From: an uncultured Chloroflexia bacterium
GTDB lineage: Bacteria; Chloroflexota; Limnocylindria; Limnocylindrales; CSP1-4
Direction of reading: 5' to 3'
DNA: 64,000 bases
Assembly: GCA_963721015.1 (NCBI GenBank)
Contig: CAVRHM010000006.1
Coordinates: forward strand, 141,399-205,398
This document shows positions 11,029 through 21,281 of the stretch, one piece after another. Numbering within the stretch: position 1 is the first letter of the stretch; each line of letters starts with the position of its first letter. Below the pieces are notes generated by a model. It did not search any database. It was not told the origin of the DNA and was given only the letters and a program-made list of their open reading frames with translations. A program made the translations under genes and the position numbers.

Positions 11029-12295
11029 TCGCGTGACCACCCCGGGCCGAGGCCGCCGTCCGCGGATCCTGCGCGTCATCACCCGCCTGTCGATCAGTGG
11101 CCCGACGACGCATGTCACCCTGGCCAACCGGATCCTCGGGGAGCGAGGCTGGGAGACCCTGCTCGTCCACGGCCGGGTCGAGGCGGACGAGGCCGAGACG
11201 CCGCTGCCGATCGATGGCGTCGCGACGCGCTTTGTCCCGACCCTCGCCCGGCCGATCCGACCCGTCCCGGATCTGCGGGCCACGGCCAGCCTGGTGCGCA
11301 TCGTGCGCGAGTTCCGGCCCGACATCATCCACACCCATCACTCGAAGGCCGGGCTGCTGGGCCGCTCGGTCGCGATGCTCGCCGGCGTCCCGAGCGTCCA
11401 TACCTTCCACGGCCACATCTTCCAGGGGTACTTCGGGGCGCGGGTATCGCGGATGTTCGTCACGACCGAGCGGGTCATGGCGACCCGTACCGCGCGGCTC
11501 ATCGCGCTCAGCCCCCTCCAGCTCGACGACCTGCTGGACCGCGGCATCGGCCGGCGGGACCAGTACGCGGTCGTGCCCCTCGGGCTCGACCTGGATCGGT
11601 TCCGCGGCCAGGACCGGGCCGCGGCCCGCGAGCGTCTCGGACTGCCGCCGGGCGGCCTCGTCGTGGTCATGGTCGGTCGGATCGTGGCCATCAAGCGGAT
11701 CGACCGGATGATCCGCGTCTTCGCGACGCTCCATGCGGCGCGGCCCGATGCGCACCTCTACGTCATCGGTGATGGCGCTGATCGCCCCGCGGCCGAGGCC
11801 CAGGTCGAGGCCGCCGGCCTGGCCTCCGCCGTGACCTTCCTGGGCTGGCGGTCGGATACGCCCGATTGGTACGGCGCGTGCGACATCGTGGCCCTGTCGT
11901 CGGACAGTGAGGGCACGCCCCTGGCGATCATCGAAGCGGCCGCCGCCGGCCGGCCGGCTGCCGCGACCGCCGTCGGTGGCGTGGCCGACATCGTCATCGA
12001 CGGGGAGACCGGCCTCCTGGCCCCGACGACCGACGAGGATGCGTTCGCGGCGGCGCTCATCCGCCTGGCGGACGATGTCGGGCTCCGTGAGCGACTAGGG
12101 GCTGCGGCGCCGGTCGCGGCCGCCCGGTTCGGGGCGATGCGCCTGGTCGACGACCTCGAGGCGATCTACGGCTCCATCCTTGCGCCGCGGTCGGCGGGCC
12201 GGCGGTCAGCGGGCGATGCCGCGCCGCTCCCGACCCGGGATGAACCGCGAGAGCCCGGCCCGCTCGACGGCGTAGACGGCGATCCCCAGCGGTAG
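11018..12295 (+). CDS. glycosyltransferase family 4
   Basis: RVITRLSISGP, HTHHSKAG, HTFHGH, EGTPLAIIEA; C-terminal part of ORF 10250..12295. Confidence 0.9.
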   Translation: MDDDRVTTPGRGRRPRILRVITRLSISGPTTHVTLANRILGERGWETLLVHGRVEADEAETPLPIDGVATRFVPTLARPIRPVPDLRATASLVRIVREFRPDIIHTHHSKAGLLGRSVAMLAGVPSVHTFHGHIFQGYFGARVSRMFVTTERVMATRTARLIALSPLQLDDLLDRGIGRRDQYAVVPLGLDLDRFRGQDRAAARERLGLPPGGLVVVMVGRIVAIKRIDRMIRVFATLHAARPDAHLYVIGDGADRPAAEAQVEAAGLASAVTFLGWRSDTPDWYGACDIVALSSDSEGTPLAIIEAAAAGRPAAATAVGGVADIVIDGETGLLAPTTDEDAFAAALIRLADDVGLRERLGAAAPVAAARFGAMRLVDDLEAIYGSILAPRSAGRRSAGDAAPLPTRDEPREPGPLDGVDGDPQR

Positions 12296-13187
12296 CGCGG
12301 CCAGCCACAGGAGCTTGGCCGCAGGACGGCGCAGCAGGCGCAGACTGCGTGCCGAAGCCCTCATCCGCCCACAGCGCGCTGCGCGAGTACTTGGCCGCCT
12401 TGAGGTAGAACTTGAACGGCGCGTCCCGGAAGTAGCGGAGGTGCTGGTCGATGACGGCGCCCGCCTCCATCCGCTCCCCCAGCGCGTTCTTGCGCGGATC
12501 CGGCACGCCCTTGGTCAGCGTGTCCGGCTGGTCGAAGTAGACGACGCCGAGGTACTCGTTGACGTAGCGGGTCAGGTAGCGCTGGCCGATGGCTCCCCAG
12601 ATCAGGTGGCTCGACATCATCCCGGTGTAGCCGGGAACCGTCGGATACGGGAATTCGCGCATGACATCGGTGCGCTGGAAGCCCCACTTCTCGCCGAGCA
12701 CCTTGTAGTGGTAGTACATCTCGGTCGGGTTGGAATCGGTGATGTCCTGCGGATACGGGTCGCCCGTCGGATCGCCGTTCTCGTCCACGGCCAGGCCGGT
12801 GACCGCGGAGTAGCGACCGCGCTGGTCCTCGGGGATCGCGTCCCAGATCGCCTTGAACCGCTCGAGCGCGGTCGGGATGGCTCCGTCGTCCGAGTCGAGG
12901 GTCAGGAACAGCTCACCGCGCGCCTCGGCGACCGCGACGTTGGACGAGCCATGGTGCCCGCGATTGGCGTGGCGGATGTAGCGGATCGGGAAGTCCGCCT
13001 CGGCCTGCCAGCGCTCGATGAGCTCCTGCGTGCCGTCGGTCGACTCGTTGTCGACGACCAACCACTCGAAATCCCGGAACGTCTGCTGCTGCAGACTGCG
13101 GTATGGTCGGTCCAGGGTGCGCGCCCGATTGCGGGTCCCCGTGTAGACCGTGAAGGTGTATCGATGGTCCGCGTCGTCGCCAGTCAT
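12206..13187 (-). CDS. glycosyltransferase family 2, apparent frameshift near 12345
   Basis: FTVYTGTRNRA, VVDNESTD and LDSDD (DXD); the shifted frame gives LLRRPAAKLLWLAALPLG ending at TGA 12206. Confidence 0.85.
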
Positions 13188-13240
13188 GGATCCCCTTGTC
13201 CGCCGGGTCGGAGCCGGTCGGCCGACATCCTACCCCGAGC

Positions 13241-14893
13241 GTGGTCCGACGCGGGCCGGCGCCGTTGACGGGGGACACCACGACCGAGGCCGACGCGCCT
13301 CGCCCGCTCCGGGTCGACATCGTCGTCGCCGGCCGCCACGGTCCGGCATGGGTCGCCGACGCCATCGCGGCCATCGATGCCGCCCCGCACGCCGTCCTCG
13401 GCGATCTCGTCGTCGAGCCCGGGCCCCCGTCGCCACTGCGCGGCGGCGCTCGGCGGCTCCTCGGCCTGTATGACCGCCTCGACCGGCGCCTGTTCGGACG
13501 GTCCGACGACCCGACACGGACGGTCGATCTCATCGCCGCGCACGCCCGGGCGGTGCGACCCCACCGTCCGCCGATCGGCGACGCGGATGTCCGCCTCCGG
13601 CTCGACGGCGTTCGCCCGACGGCGACGGCCGGCCCGATGCCGCGTCACGGCATCTGGACGATCGAGCACGGCCCGGGCCTCCCGCCCCGCGCGCGGTCGA
13701 ACGCCGCGGCGATGGCCCCGGGCGCGATGGAGCAGCTCCTGGGCTGGACGGCCATCGAGAGCCGCCTCGTCATCGACGCGGCTGACGGATCGCGCGTCGT
13801 CGACCGCGTCGTGAGTCGGGTCGACGCCCTGTCCGTCCAACGGGCAGCGCGCGGGCACCTCCCCAAGCTCGTCGGCCTGGTCGTCCGCGCCCTCGCAGCG
13901 GTGAGCACCACGAACCAGCTGCCCGCGCCGCGCGAGATGGAGCCGGTCGTCGGGCCAGGGGCGCGGTCCTCGACGACCGGCCTGGCCTTCGTCGCGCGCG
14001 GCCTCGTCAACGTCGTCGGCGGTTACCTCGCCCGTCTCGTCCGCCGTCGCCTGTCGCGTGAGCGCTGGATCGTCGCCATCGCCCGTGGTGCGGACGCGGA
14101 CCCGGACGCGCCGAGATCCGGCGTCCGACCCGGAGCGATGCGCACGTTGTCGGCGCCGGAAGGGCGAGAGTGGGCTGATCCGTTCCCGATCCGGACCGCG
14201 GATGGCGACCTCGTCTTCGTCGAGGAGTACGTCTGGGCGGACCGCCGTGGTCACCTGGCCGTCGTCACGCTCGACGACAGCCCTCGCGGCTGGCAGGACG
14301 TGCGCACGATCCTGGACCTGCCGACCCACCTGTCGTATCCGTTCGTGTTCGAGTGGGAGGGACGCTGGTACCTGTTGCCGGAGCAGGCCAGTGCGGGCGG
14401 CCTCCAGCTCTACGTCGCGGATCGATTCCCGGACACGTGGACCTGGCACGCCGAGGTCCTCGACCATCCAGCGGCCGACGCGACGCTGGCCCGGATCGGC
14501 GACCGCTGGTGGATGTTCACCGCGCACGCGATCCCGGGCGGGACGGCCGCCGACGAGCTCCACGTGTACCACGCCACTTCGCCGTTCGGGCCGTGGACCG
14601 CCCACGTCGCGAACCCGGTCGTCTCCGACGTCCGGACGGCTCGCCCGGCCGGCCACTGCTTCGAACGGGACGGCACGTGGTACCGGGTGGCTCAGGACGG
14701 CGCGGCCACGTACGGCCATGCCATCGTCATCCTCCGGATCGATCACCTGGACCTCACCGACTACCGCGAGACGGTCGTCGAGGTCATCCGTCCGGACTGG
14801 GCGCCCGGCCTGACGGGGACCCACACCCTCAATCGCGTGGACGGGCTCGTCGTCGTCGACGGTCTGCTCAACCCGCCGATCCTCCGCCGCTGA
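13241..14893 (+). CDS. GINT1-N-like (glucosamine inositolphosphorylceramide transferase N-terminal / GH43-like beta-propeller) protein, copy 1; start uncertain (13196-13265)
   Basis: WADPFP, FVEEY, HLSYPFVF, WYLLPE, GPWTAHVANPV, ARPAG, GTHTLN. Confidence 0.8.
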   Translation: MVRRGPAPLTGDTTTEADAPRPLRVDIVVAGRHGPAWVADAIAAIDAAPHAVLGDLVVEPGPPSPLRGGARRLLGLYDRLDRRLFGRSDDPTRTVDLIAAHARAVRPHRPPIGDADVRLRLDGVRPTATAGPMPRHGIWTIEHGPGLPPRARSNAAAMAPGAMEQLLGWTAIESRLVIDAADGSRVVDRVVSRVDALSVQRAARGHLPKLVGLVVRALAAVSTTNQLPAPREMEPVVGPGARSSTTGLAFVARGLVNVVGGYLARLVRRRLSRERWIVAIARGADADPDAPRSGVRPGAMRTLSAPEGREWADPFPIRTADGDLVFVEEYVWADRRGHLAVVTLDDSPRGWQDVRTILDLPTHLSYPFVFEWEGRWYLLPEQASAGGLQLYVADRFPDTWTWHAEVLDHPAADATLARIGDRWWMFTAHAIPGGTAADELHVYHATSPFGPWTAHVANPVVSDVRTARPAGHCFERDGTWYRVAQDGAATYGHAIVILRIDHLDLTDYRETVVEVIRPDWAPGLTGTHTLNRVDGLVVVDGLLNPPILRR

Positions 14894-15084
14894 CCTCGCG
14901 GTCGGTGCGTGCGCGCACCATGGCAGTCCGCACCAGAACGCCCCAGATGGCAACGGACCGGCCCGCGTTCGCCGGACCATCGACCCCGGGCGCCGCGACG
15001 CCAGCGGGACCATCTCCCCATGGCTTCCGCGCACCACGCAAGCCAGACTACCCGGCGGAGGTCGCTGGCCTGATCCGCGATCGA

Positions 15085-15163
15085 TCCACGAAATAGCACA
15101 CCCGTCGCGAGGCGGGGCCGCAAAGCCACGGGGCTCACGTAGTCAGCCGGGTTGCCGAATGGA
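15085..15163 (+). ncRNA. GEMM-I family cyclic-dinucleotide riboswitch, A20 variant (candidate c-AMP-GMP/3',3'-cGAMP, GEMM-Ib)
   Basis: CCACGAAATAGCACACCCGTC-GCGA-GGCGGGGCCGCAAAGCCACGG...CAGCCGGGTTGCCGAATGG; P2 with GNRA loop, GCAAAGCC junction, P3; Vc2-equivalent positions 20/47/92 are A15095/A15122/C15155. Confidence 0.88.
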
Positions 15164-15174
15164 GAAACGATCGG

Positions 15175-17347
15175 ATGACATTCTGGGACGGGACCCGCTG
15201 GGTCGACGAAGACGCTGTCCACCGCAACGCCACCGCCGCCCAAGCCTCCCGCCCGAAGGGGCGACGCCACCTCAAGGACATCCTGGCCACCGGGGTCATG
15301 ATCGTCGGCCTGGTCGCCCTCGTCCTGCCGAGCGTGTCCACGTCGGCGGCCGGACTGCCGTCGGGCAACCGCCTGCTGACGCGCTGGGACGAGTCCGGTT
15401 CGGTCAAGCGCTTCAACGAGTCGAGCCCGCGGATCGCCTATCGCGGCGATTGGAAGCAGGCCGACCACGAGGGCCACATGGGCGGCCACGTCCTGGCGAC
15501 CGACGCCCGCAAGGCCAAGGCCTCGTTGAAGTTCACCGGTTCGGCCGTGTCCTGGATCGGGCCGGTCGGGCCGACGCGCGGCAAGGCCAAGATCTACATC
15601 GACCACCGGTACGTGGCGACGGTCGACACCTACGCCGCCAAGTTCAAGCCGGCCCGTGTGCTGTTCACCAAGGAATGGCGAGCGGTCAAGCCGCACCGCA
15701 TCACGATCGTCACGAGTGCGACGAAGGGGCGCGAGACCGTCGCCCTGGATGCGTTCGTCGTCCGCACGTCGAAGGGCGAGGCGGCACGCTCCAGGCCCAA
15801 GCCCGACAAGCCGGACACCACGCCCCGGCCGGACAAGACGCCGGTCCCGGAGACCGACCCGTACTTCAAGCTGACCGAGGATATCGGCCCGGCCGGCACC
15901 AGGACGACGCTCAAGCTGACCGGCTTCGCCGGTGAGTCCAGCGGCGACTTCTCGTTCGATGGCGAGGTCGGCGCCTTCCCCGGCTACGAGACGCGCGCTG
16001 ACGGCACCGCCGAGGTGGACGTCACGATCCCCGAGGGCGCCGGCCCAGGCAAGCACGAGATCCGGGCCCACGACAGCAAGGGCAAGTCCCTGATCATGCG
16101 CATCTTCGAGGTCACCGCGCCGGATCCGACGGCGGCCCCGACCGCGGCGCCGACGGCTGCGCCGACCAAGGCGCCGACCCCGGCCCCGACCGCGGCACCG
16201 ACCGCTGCCCCCACGGCTCGCCCCGACCGCGGCCCCCACCTCGGCGCCGACGGCGGCCGCCCCCACGGTGGCCCCGACCTCGGCACCGACCGTCGCCCCG
16301 ACCCCATCGCCGACCCCACGGCCGACCGCGACCCCGTCGCCGACGCCGTCACCGACCCCTCGGCCGACCGCCACGCCGTCGCCGACCCCGGTCCCGACGC
16401 CCGTCCCGACACCCACGCCGACGGTCGCACCGACCCCGGCGCCGACGGTCGCGCCGACGCCCACGCCCACGCCGGTCCCGACCTCCGCGCCGGCCGGTTA
16501 TGCGGCCGTCTTCAGCGGCGACGCGACCGGCGCGACCGACGTCACGGCCGCGCTCCGGAGCTTCCTCCAGTCGCACAACGGGCAGCGCGTCGCGCTCGCC
16601 ACGAACGGCATCTACCGGGTGACCCAGCTGACCTTCACGGCCAGCAACCTGACCGTCGACTTCCGCGGGGCTCGCCTCCAGGCAGCCCAGGTCGGCGTCC
16701 ACGGCATCCTCAAGATCCGTTCCGGCTCGAACGTCACGCTCAACGATCCCTGGATCATCGGCACCGGCTATGTCTGGGGCGACTCGACCCAGTGGGAGCA
16801 CGGCATCCATGTGGATGGCGGCTCGAACATCACCCTCAACCACCCCATCACCCGGAACACGCGCGGTGACGGGATCCTGACGGGCTATGACCCGGGCCTG
16901 ACGTCGACCCCGACCGGTGTCGTCATCAACAACCCCGACATCGAGCGCGCCGCGCGCAACGGCATCGCGCCGGTAGCCGGCCAGGTGACCATCCGCGGCG
17001 GCCGGATCGCCTACGCCGGCCTGCACGGCATCGACTTCGAACCGAACGATGCGACGGAGGCCGGCAGCATCCGGGCCATCGTCGACGGCGTCGATATCCG
17101 CAAGGCCGGCAACCTCCCGGCCGTCGGTTACCCCGGATACGCCATCTCGGCTGGCTGGGGCTACATGGCCACGAAGAAGCCGTCCCTCGTGTTCGAGAAC
17201 AACACCGGTGACATCCTGAGCATCGTGGTCATGGCCACGAACAGCGTCACCATCCGGAACAACACGTCGGACACGTCGACCTTCGCCGACATCACGACGA
17301 CGACGAGCGTGACCTTCAGCGGCAATACCCGCATCACCCGCCAGTAG
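15175..17347 (+). CDS. large exported multidomain protein: TM/signal, carbohydrate-binding-like domain, Ig-like domain, Pro/Thr linker, right-handed beta-helix; apparent frameshift in the linker (about 16215-16265)
   Basis: ORF 15175..16869 N-half (YRGDW...[24 protein letters not shown]) joins ORF 16268..17347 ([28 protein letters not shown]). Confidence 0.8.
16120..16490 (+). repeat. Pro/Thr/Ala coding repeats ([12 protein letters not shown] linker)
   Basis: tandem CCGAC-rich short units translating to a low-complexity linker. Confidence 0.85.
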
Positions 17348-17397
17348 GCCAGGGCGACCGATGGTCGTCGCCTGAGGCACGCTACCCTGACGGTCCG

Positions 17398-19017
17398 ATG
17401 AGCGACCGTCGACCAAGAGCTCGGACCCGGGTCGCCCTGCGGATCGCCGCCGGCCCGGGTCCGGCGTTCCTGGCGGCCGCCGCCGACGCCGTACGGGGCT
17501 CGCCCCACGCGGACGTGGTGCTCATCCTCGTTGCGCCACCATCGGCTCGTCCCCTGACGGGTCGGGGCCGTGTCGTGGCCGCTGCCGAGGCGGCATTCGC
17601 GGCGCTCGAGCGAGCCGTCCTGCGCGGCGGGCCACCCGCCCTCGCCCCGGTAGGACCCGCGACGTGGCCGCCCGACATCCCGGTCGTGACCGCCCGGGAA
17701 GCGGATCGCCGCGCCGACGCGCTGCTCGCGGCGCGGGCGGACGTCGTCATCGACCTCGTCCCGGAGGATGACCGGGAGGCGCTACCCGTGCCTGCCGGTG
17801 GCTGGTGGCGACTCCGGTACCGGACGGGGAGTGACCCGCGCGACAGCGCGACCCTGCCGCGGCCCGCCGCGACGACCGATCTGGCCGTGTCCATGCTCAG
17901 CATCGGCCTGCCCGGTGACGTCGTCCACGAGACGGAGGTCGGCACGCATGCGCTCCACCGGATCGGGTTCGGCCGGGATCGCGACGCGGCCTATTGGCGA
18001 TCCGCACGCCTCCCGGCCCGGCGGCTCGCCCGGGCCGCGCCCGTGGCGGCAGCCAAGCCCGAGGCCGAGGCCGAGGCAAGGTCATCGCCGCCGCGCACCG
18101 TCGGACGCCGCCGGACGCCCGTGCCGCCGATCGTCGGGCTGGCCCGGGCGGTGCTGGCACGGGTCGTCGGGCGCGCGCTGTACCGGAGCGGCTGGGTCGT
18201 GTTGGTCCGCAGACGCCAGCCCGATGACGCGCCACCCGCGGACCTGTCCGGCTTCCAGGTCGTGCCCAGCCCCCGCGGGCGGTTCTACGCCGACCCGTTC
18301 GTGGTGGCCGCGCCGGATGGCCCACGGCTCCTGGTCGAGGATTGTCCGGATGGCCGCCACGAAGGGCGGATCAGCCAACTGCGCCACGACGCCGGACGCT
18401 GGCGCTTCGACCGCGTGCTGCTCGAGGACACCGCGCACCGAGCCTATCCCCATGCCATCGCCACCGCGGCCGGCCTCGTCGTGACCGCGGACAGCGGGCG
18501 CGCCGGCGGTGTGGACGTCTTCCTTCGGCCGGATCCGGCGTCCGGCCTGACACGGATCGGCCGAGCCCTCGAAGGACTGCCGGTGTCCGATCCGACCCTC
18601 CTCGTCCACGACGGGCGGTTCTGGCTCTTCGTCGCCCTGACCGAGCACGGCATGAGCCCATGGGACGAGCTGCATGTGTTCGTCTCCGCCACCTTGGAGG
18701 GCCCATGGCATACTCATCCGCGTAACCCGGTCGTCGCCGACGTGCGTCGTGCCCGACCGGCCGGCCGGATCTTCCGACGTGGGGACGCATGGATCCGGCC
18801 CGGCCAGGATTGCTCGGACGTCTATGGACGGCGGATCGTCCTCTCCGAGATCCTCGTGCTCACTCCGGACGACTACAGGGAACGACCCATCGCGACCATC
18901 GAACCGGCGGGCCTCGCCGACATGCAACGGACCCACACGTACACGTTCGACGGGACCACTGAAGCGCTCGATGCCTATCGGCGGGTCCCGCGATACCCAC
19001 GCCCGGGATCGCGATGA
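17398..19017 (+). CDS. GINT1-N-like beta-propeller protein, copy 2
   Basis: FYADPF, HRAYPH, SDPTL, ELHVF, GPWHTHPRNPV, ARPAG, QDCSDVYG, RTHT; paralog of 13241..14893. Confidence 0.8.
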   Translation: MSDRRPRARTRVALRIAAGPGPAFLAAAADAVRGSPHADVVLILVAPPSARPLTGRGRVVAAAEAAFAALERAVLRGGPPALAPVGPATWPPDIPVVTAREADRRADALLAARADVVIDLVPEDDREALPVPAGGWWRLRYRTGSDPRDSATLPRPAATTDLAVSMLSIGLPGDVVHETEVGTHALHRIGFGRDRDAAYWRSARLPARRLARAAPVAAAKPEAEAEARSSPPRTVGRRRTPVPPIVGLARAVLARVVGRALYRSGWVVLVRRRQPDDAPPADLSGFQVVPSPRGRFYADPFVVAAPDGPRLLVEDCPDGRHEGRISQLRHDAGRWRFDRVLLEDTAHRAYPHAIATAAGLVVTADSGRAGGVDVFLRPDPASGLTRIGRALEGLPVSDPTLLVHDGRFWLFVALTEHGMSPWDELHVFVSATLEGPWHTHPRNPVVADVRRARPAGRIFRRGDAWIRPGQDCSDVYGRRIVLSEILVLTPDDYRERPIATIEPAGLADMQRTHTYTFDGTTEALDAYRRVPRYPRPGSR

Positions 19018-20088
19018 GCGCCACCACGGAGGATCGCGAGCCCGTCAGGCGGGCGCTGGGACTCGGCGGGCGGGCCCTGATCGCGGTCACGGCCGTCCTG
19101 GGGTTCGCCTTGATCAGCCAGGTCCGCCTTGGACCGGGTCCGGACGAGCCCGGCACGACGACCCGGCCGGGCGGGGCCGCGGCCTCCGGCGACGTGACCG
19201 CAACGCCCGCCCCGACGCCGAAACCCGTCTACGCCGCGGTCTTCGATGGCGACGGCACGGGCGAGACGGATGTCACGGCGCAGCTCGAGCGATTCCTCGA
19301 ATCGCACGCCGGCGAGCACGTCGCGCTCGAGCCGGGCGCCACCTACCTGGTACGCGAGCTCGAGTTCACGGTCCGCGACCTGACCCTGGACTTCCGTGGT
19401 GCCCGGATCATCACCGACAAGCCGGGGTCGCTCGCCATCTTCCACCTGATCGACGGCGAGCGAGTCGTGCTCAATGACCCGACGGTCCACGGCACCGGAT
19501 TCACGTGGTCGGGCGGCGATGACAACCCGGAGCAGTGGGAAGCCGGGATCGAGATCAACGGGGGCTCGGAGGTGACGATCAACCGGCCGGTCACCCGGGA
19601 TACCCGGGGCGACGGGATCTACATCGGTTTCGAGGAGGGCACGAACCAGCCGGCCCGCGATGTCGTCATCGTGGAGCCGGACATCCAACGAGCCTCCCGG
19701 AACGGCATCTCGCCCGTCGCCGGCGAGGTCACCATCAGGGGCGGGTCGATCCAGGACGTCGGCCTGCACGGGATCGACTTCGAGCCGAACAATGACGTCG
19801 GTGCGCTGCAGCATCGTTGGCGTGGTGGACGGAGTCGATCTCCGCCGGGCCGGGGCGTTGGATGTCGCGGGCCTGACGGGCTATGCCATCGCGGCCGCCG
19901 GCTACTCGGTCGCGGACAAGCCGTCGCTGGTGCTCCAGAACGTGACCGGGGACCGTCTCGACATGCGCATCCACGACACGGCCGACCTGACGATCCGCGA
20001 CAACGTGTCTGACGAGGACGCCAGGGTCTACCTGGAGCGGGTCGAGTCCGTGGCCTTCGACGACAACGTCCGCGTCCGCCGGAATTAG
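19014..20088 (+). CDS. membrane-anchored right-handed beta-helix protein, apparent frameshift near 19805
   Basis: N-terminal TM; [42 protein letters not shown]; continues in ORF 19660..20088; paralog of the C-terminal domain of 15175..17347. Confidence 0.82.
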
Positions 20089-20117
20089 CGGCTGCCAGCG
20101 ACTAGCGGCTGCCAGCG
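20086..20117 (+). repeat. 15-bp direct repeat TAGCGGCTGCCAGCG x2
   Basis: copies at 20086-20100 and 20103-20117, beginning at the stop codon of the upstream gene. Confidence 0.8.
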
Positions 20118-20409
20118 CCGACTGCATCGTCGCTGGGGCGGTACCCTGTAGCGAGACCCAAGCGGCATTTCGACGCGAAGTCCACCGGACCGAACCGGAC
20201 CGCACCAAGTGTGGTGCGGGGAGGCAACGTCGAATCCGTTTGATAACCCAGCGGTACTGGTAACGCTAGTACGACGGGCCTATCGTAGGGTCTGGACGCA
20301 ACCCTTCGCCGCTCATCCTTTATCCGAGGCGGGGGCCGGGCGTCATTCTCAGTGGGGGCACCGATCGAATGTCAGCGCAGATGGAACGCGCTCGTGGCGC
20401 GGCACGCCC

Positions 20410-21264
20410 ATGAGCAGCTCGCTAGCACCCAAGACCAGGACGCGTCCGGAGCGGCGCGCCCGCGGCAACCTGAGCCTGACCACCACGGACCGGCTGTATG
20501 ACTCGCGTTTGACGGCGCCGGCCCAGCCGTCGACGTTGGCCGATGCGTTCGGCCCGACCGTCGAATGGCGGCCCGTCGATGTGCCCGTCCCGAATGTCGG
20601 GCAGGAGATCATCCCGCGCCGACGCAACGAGATCGCGACTCGAGCCATCAACATTGTCTTGGCCGGCGTCGGCATGGTCGTCATCGCGCCGGTGTTCGCC
20701 GTCCTGGCCGCGGCCATCAAGCTCGATTCGCGTGGGCCGGTGCTGTACTCGCAGTCGCGGGTCGGCATCGATCGGCGCTGGCGCCGCATGTCGAGTACCC
20801 ACGAGGCACGGCGCGAGGATGCCGGTGGCCGGGTGTTCACGATCTACAAGCTGCGGACGATGCATGTCGACGCGGAGTCCACGCCAGACCAGGTGTGGGC
20901 GACGGAGGGCGACCCCCGAGTCACCCGGGTGGGGCGCGTCTTGCGCCGCTTCCGGATCGACGAGATCCCCCAGCTCTGGAACATCCTGCGCGGCGACATG
21001 AACATCGTCGGTCCCCGCCCGGAGCAGCCGACGATCGCGATGCGCCTCCGCGACGACATCCCGGAGTACCGACTGCGCCATCGGGTCAAGCCCGGCCTGA
21101 CCGGACTTGCCCAGATCAACCAGTCGTATGACACCACGCTCGACTCGGTCCGCTCGAAGGTCGCCTGGGACCTCCGCTACATCCGGGAGCAGAGCCTGCT
21201 CCTGGACCTGCGGGTCATGCTTCTGACGATCCCGGCGGTCCTGCTCAAGTTCCGGGGCTGGTAG
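20410..21264 (+). CDS. priming sugar transferase (polyprenyl-phosphate glycosylphosphotransferase, PF02397 type)
   Basis: IKLDSRGPVLYSQ, FTIYKLRTM, DPRVTRVG, DEIPQLWNILRGDMNIVGPRPE, VKPGLTGLAQ. Confidence 0.93.
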   Translation: MSSSLAPKTRTRPERRARGNLSLTTTDRLYDSRLTAPAQPSTLADAFGPTVEWRPVDVPVPNVGQEIIPRRRNEIATRAINIVLAGVGMVVIAPVFAVLAAAIKLDSRGPVLYSQSRVGIDRRWRRMSSTHEARREDAGGRVFTIYKLRTMHVDAESTPDQVWATEGDPRVTRVGRVLRRFRIDEIPQLWNILRGDMNIVGPRPEQPTIAMRLRDDIPEYRLRHRVKPGLTGLAQINQSYDTTLDSVRSKVAWDLRYIREQSLLLDLRVMLLTIPAVLLKFRGW

Positions 21265-21281
21265 TCCCGGAACGAGCCTGC

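Noticed and set aside
12206-12295. About 90-nt convergent overlap of the GT4 and GT2 3' ends as antisense regulation
   Set aside because: Tail overlaps are common in GC-rich genomes, and the exact ends are uncertain because of a nearby indel.
16120-16490. Short tandem repeats (also about 35285-35450) as a CRISPR array or mobile repeat
   Set aside because: They are in-frame Pro/Thr linkers with no constant repeat-spacer structure, and no cas genes are present.
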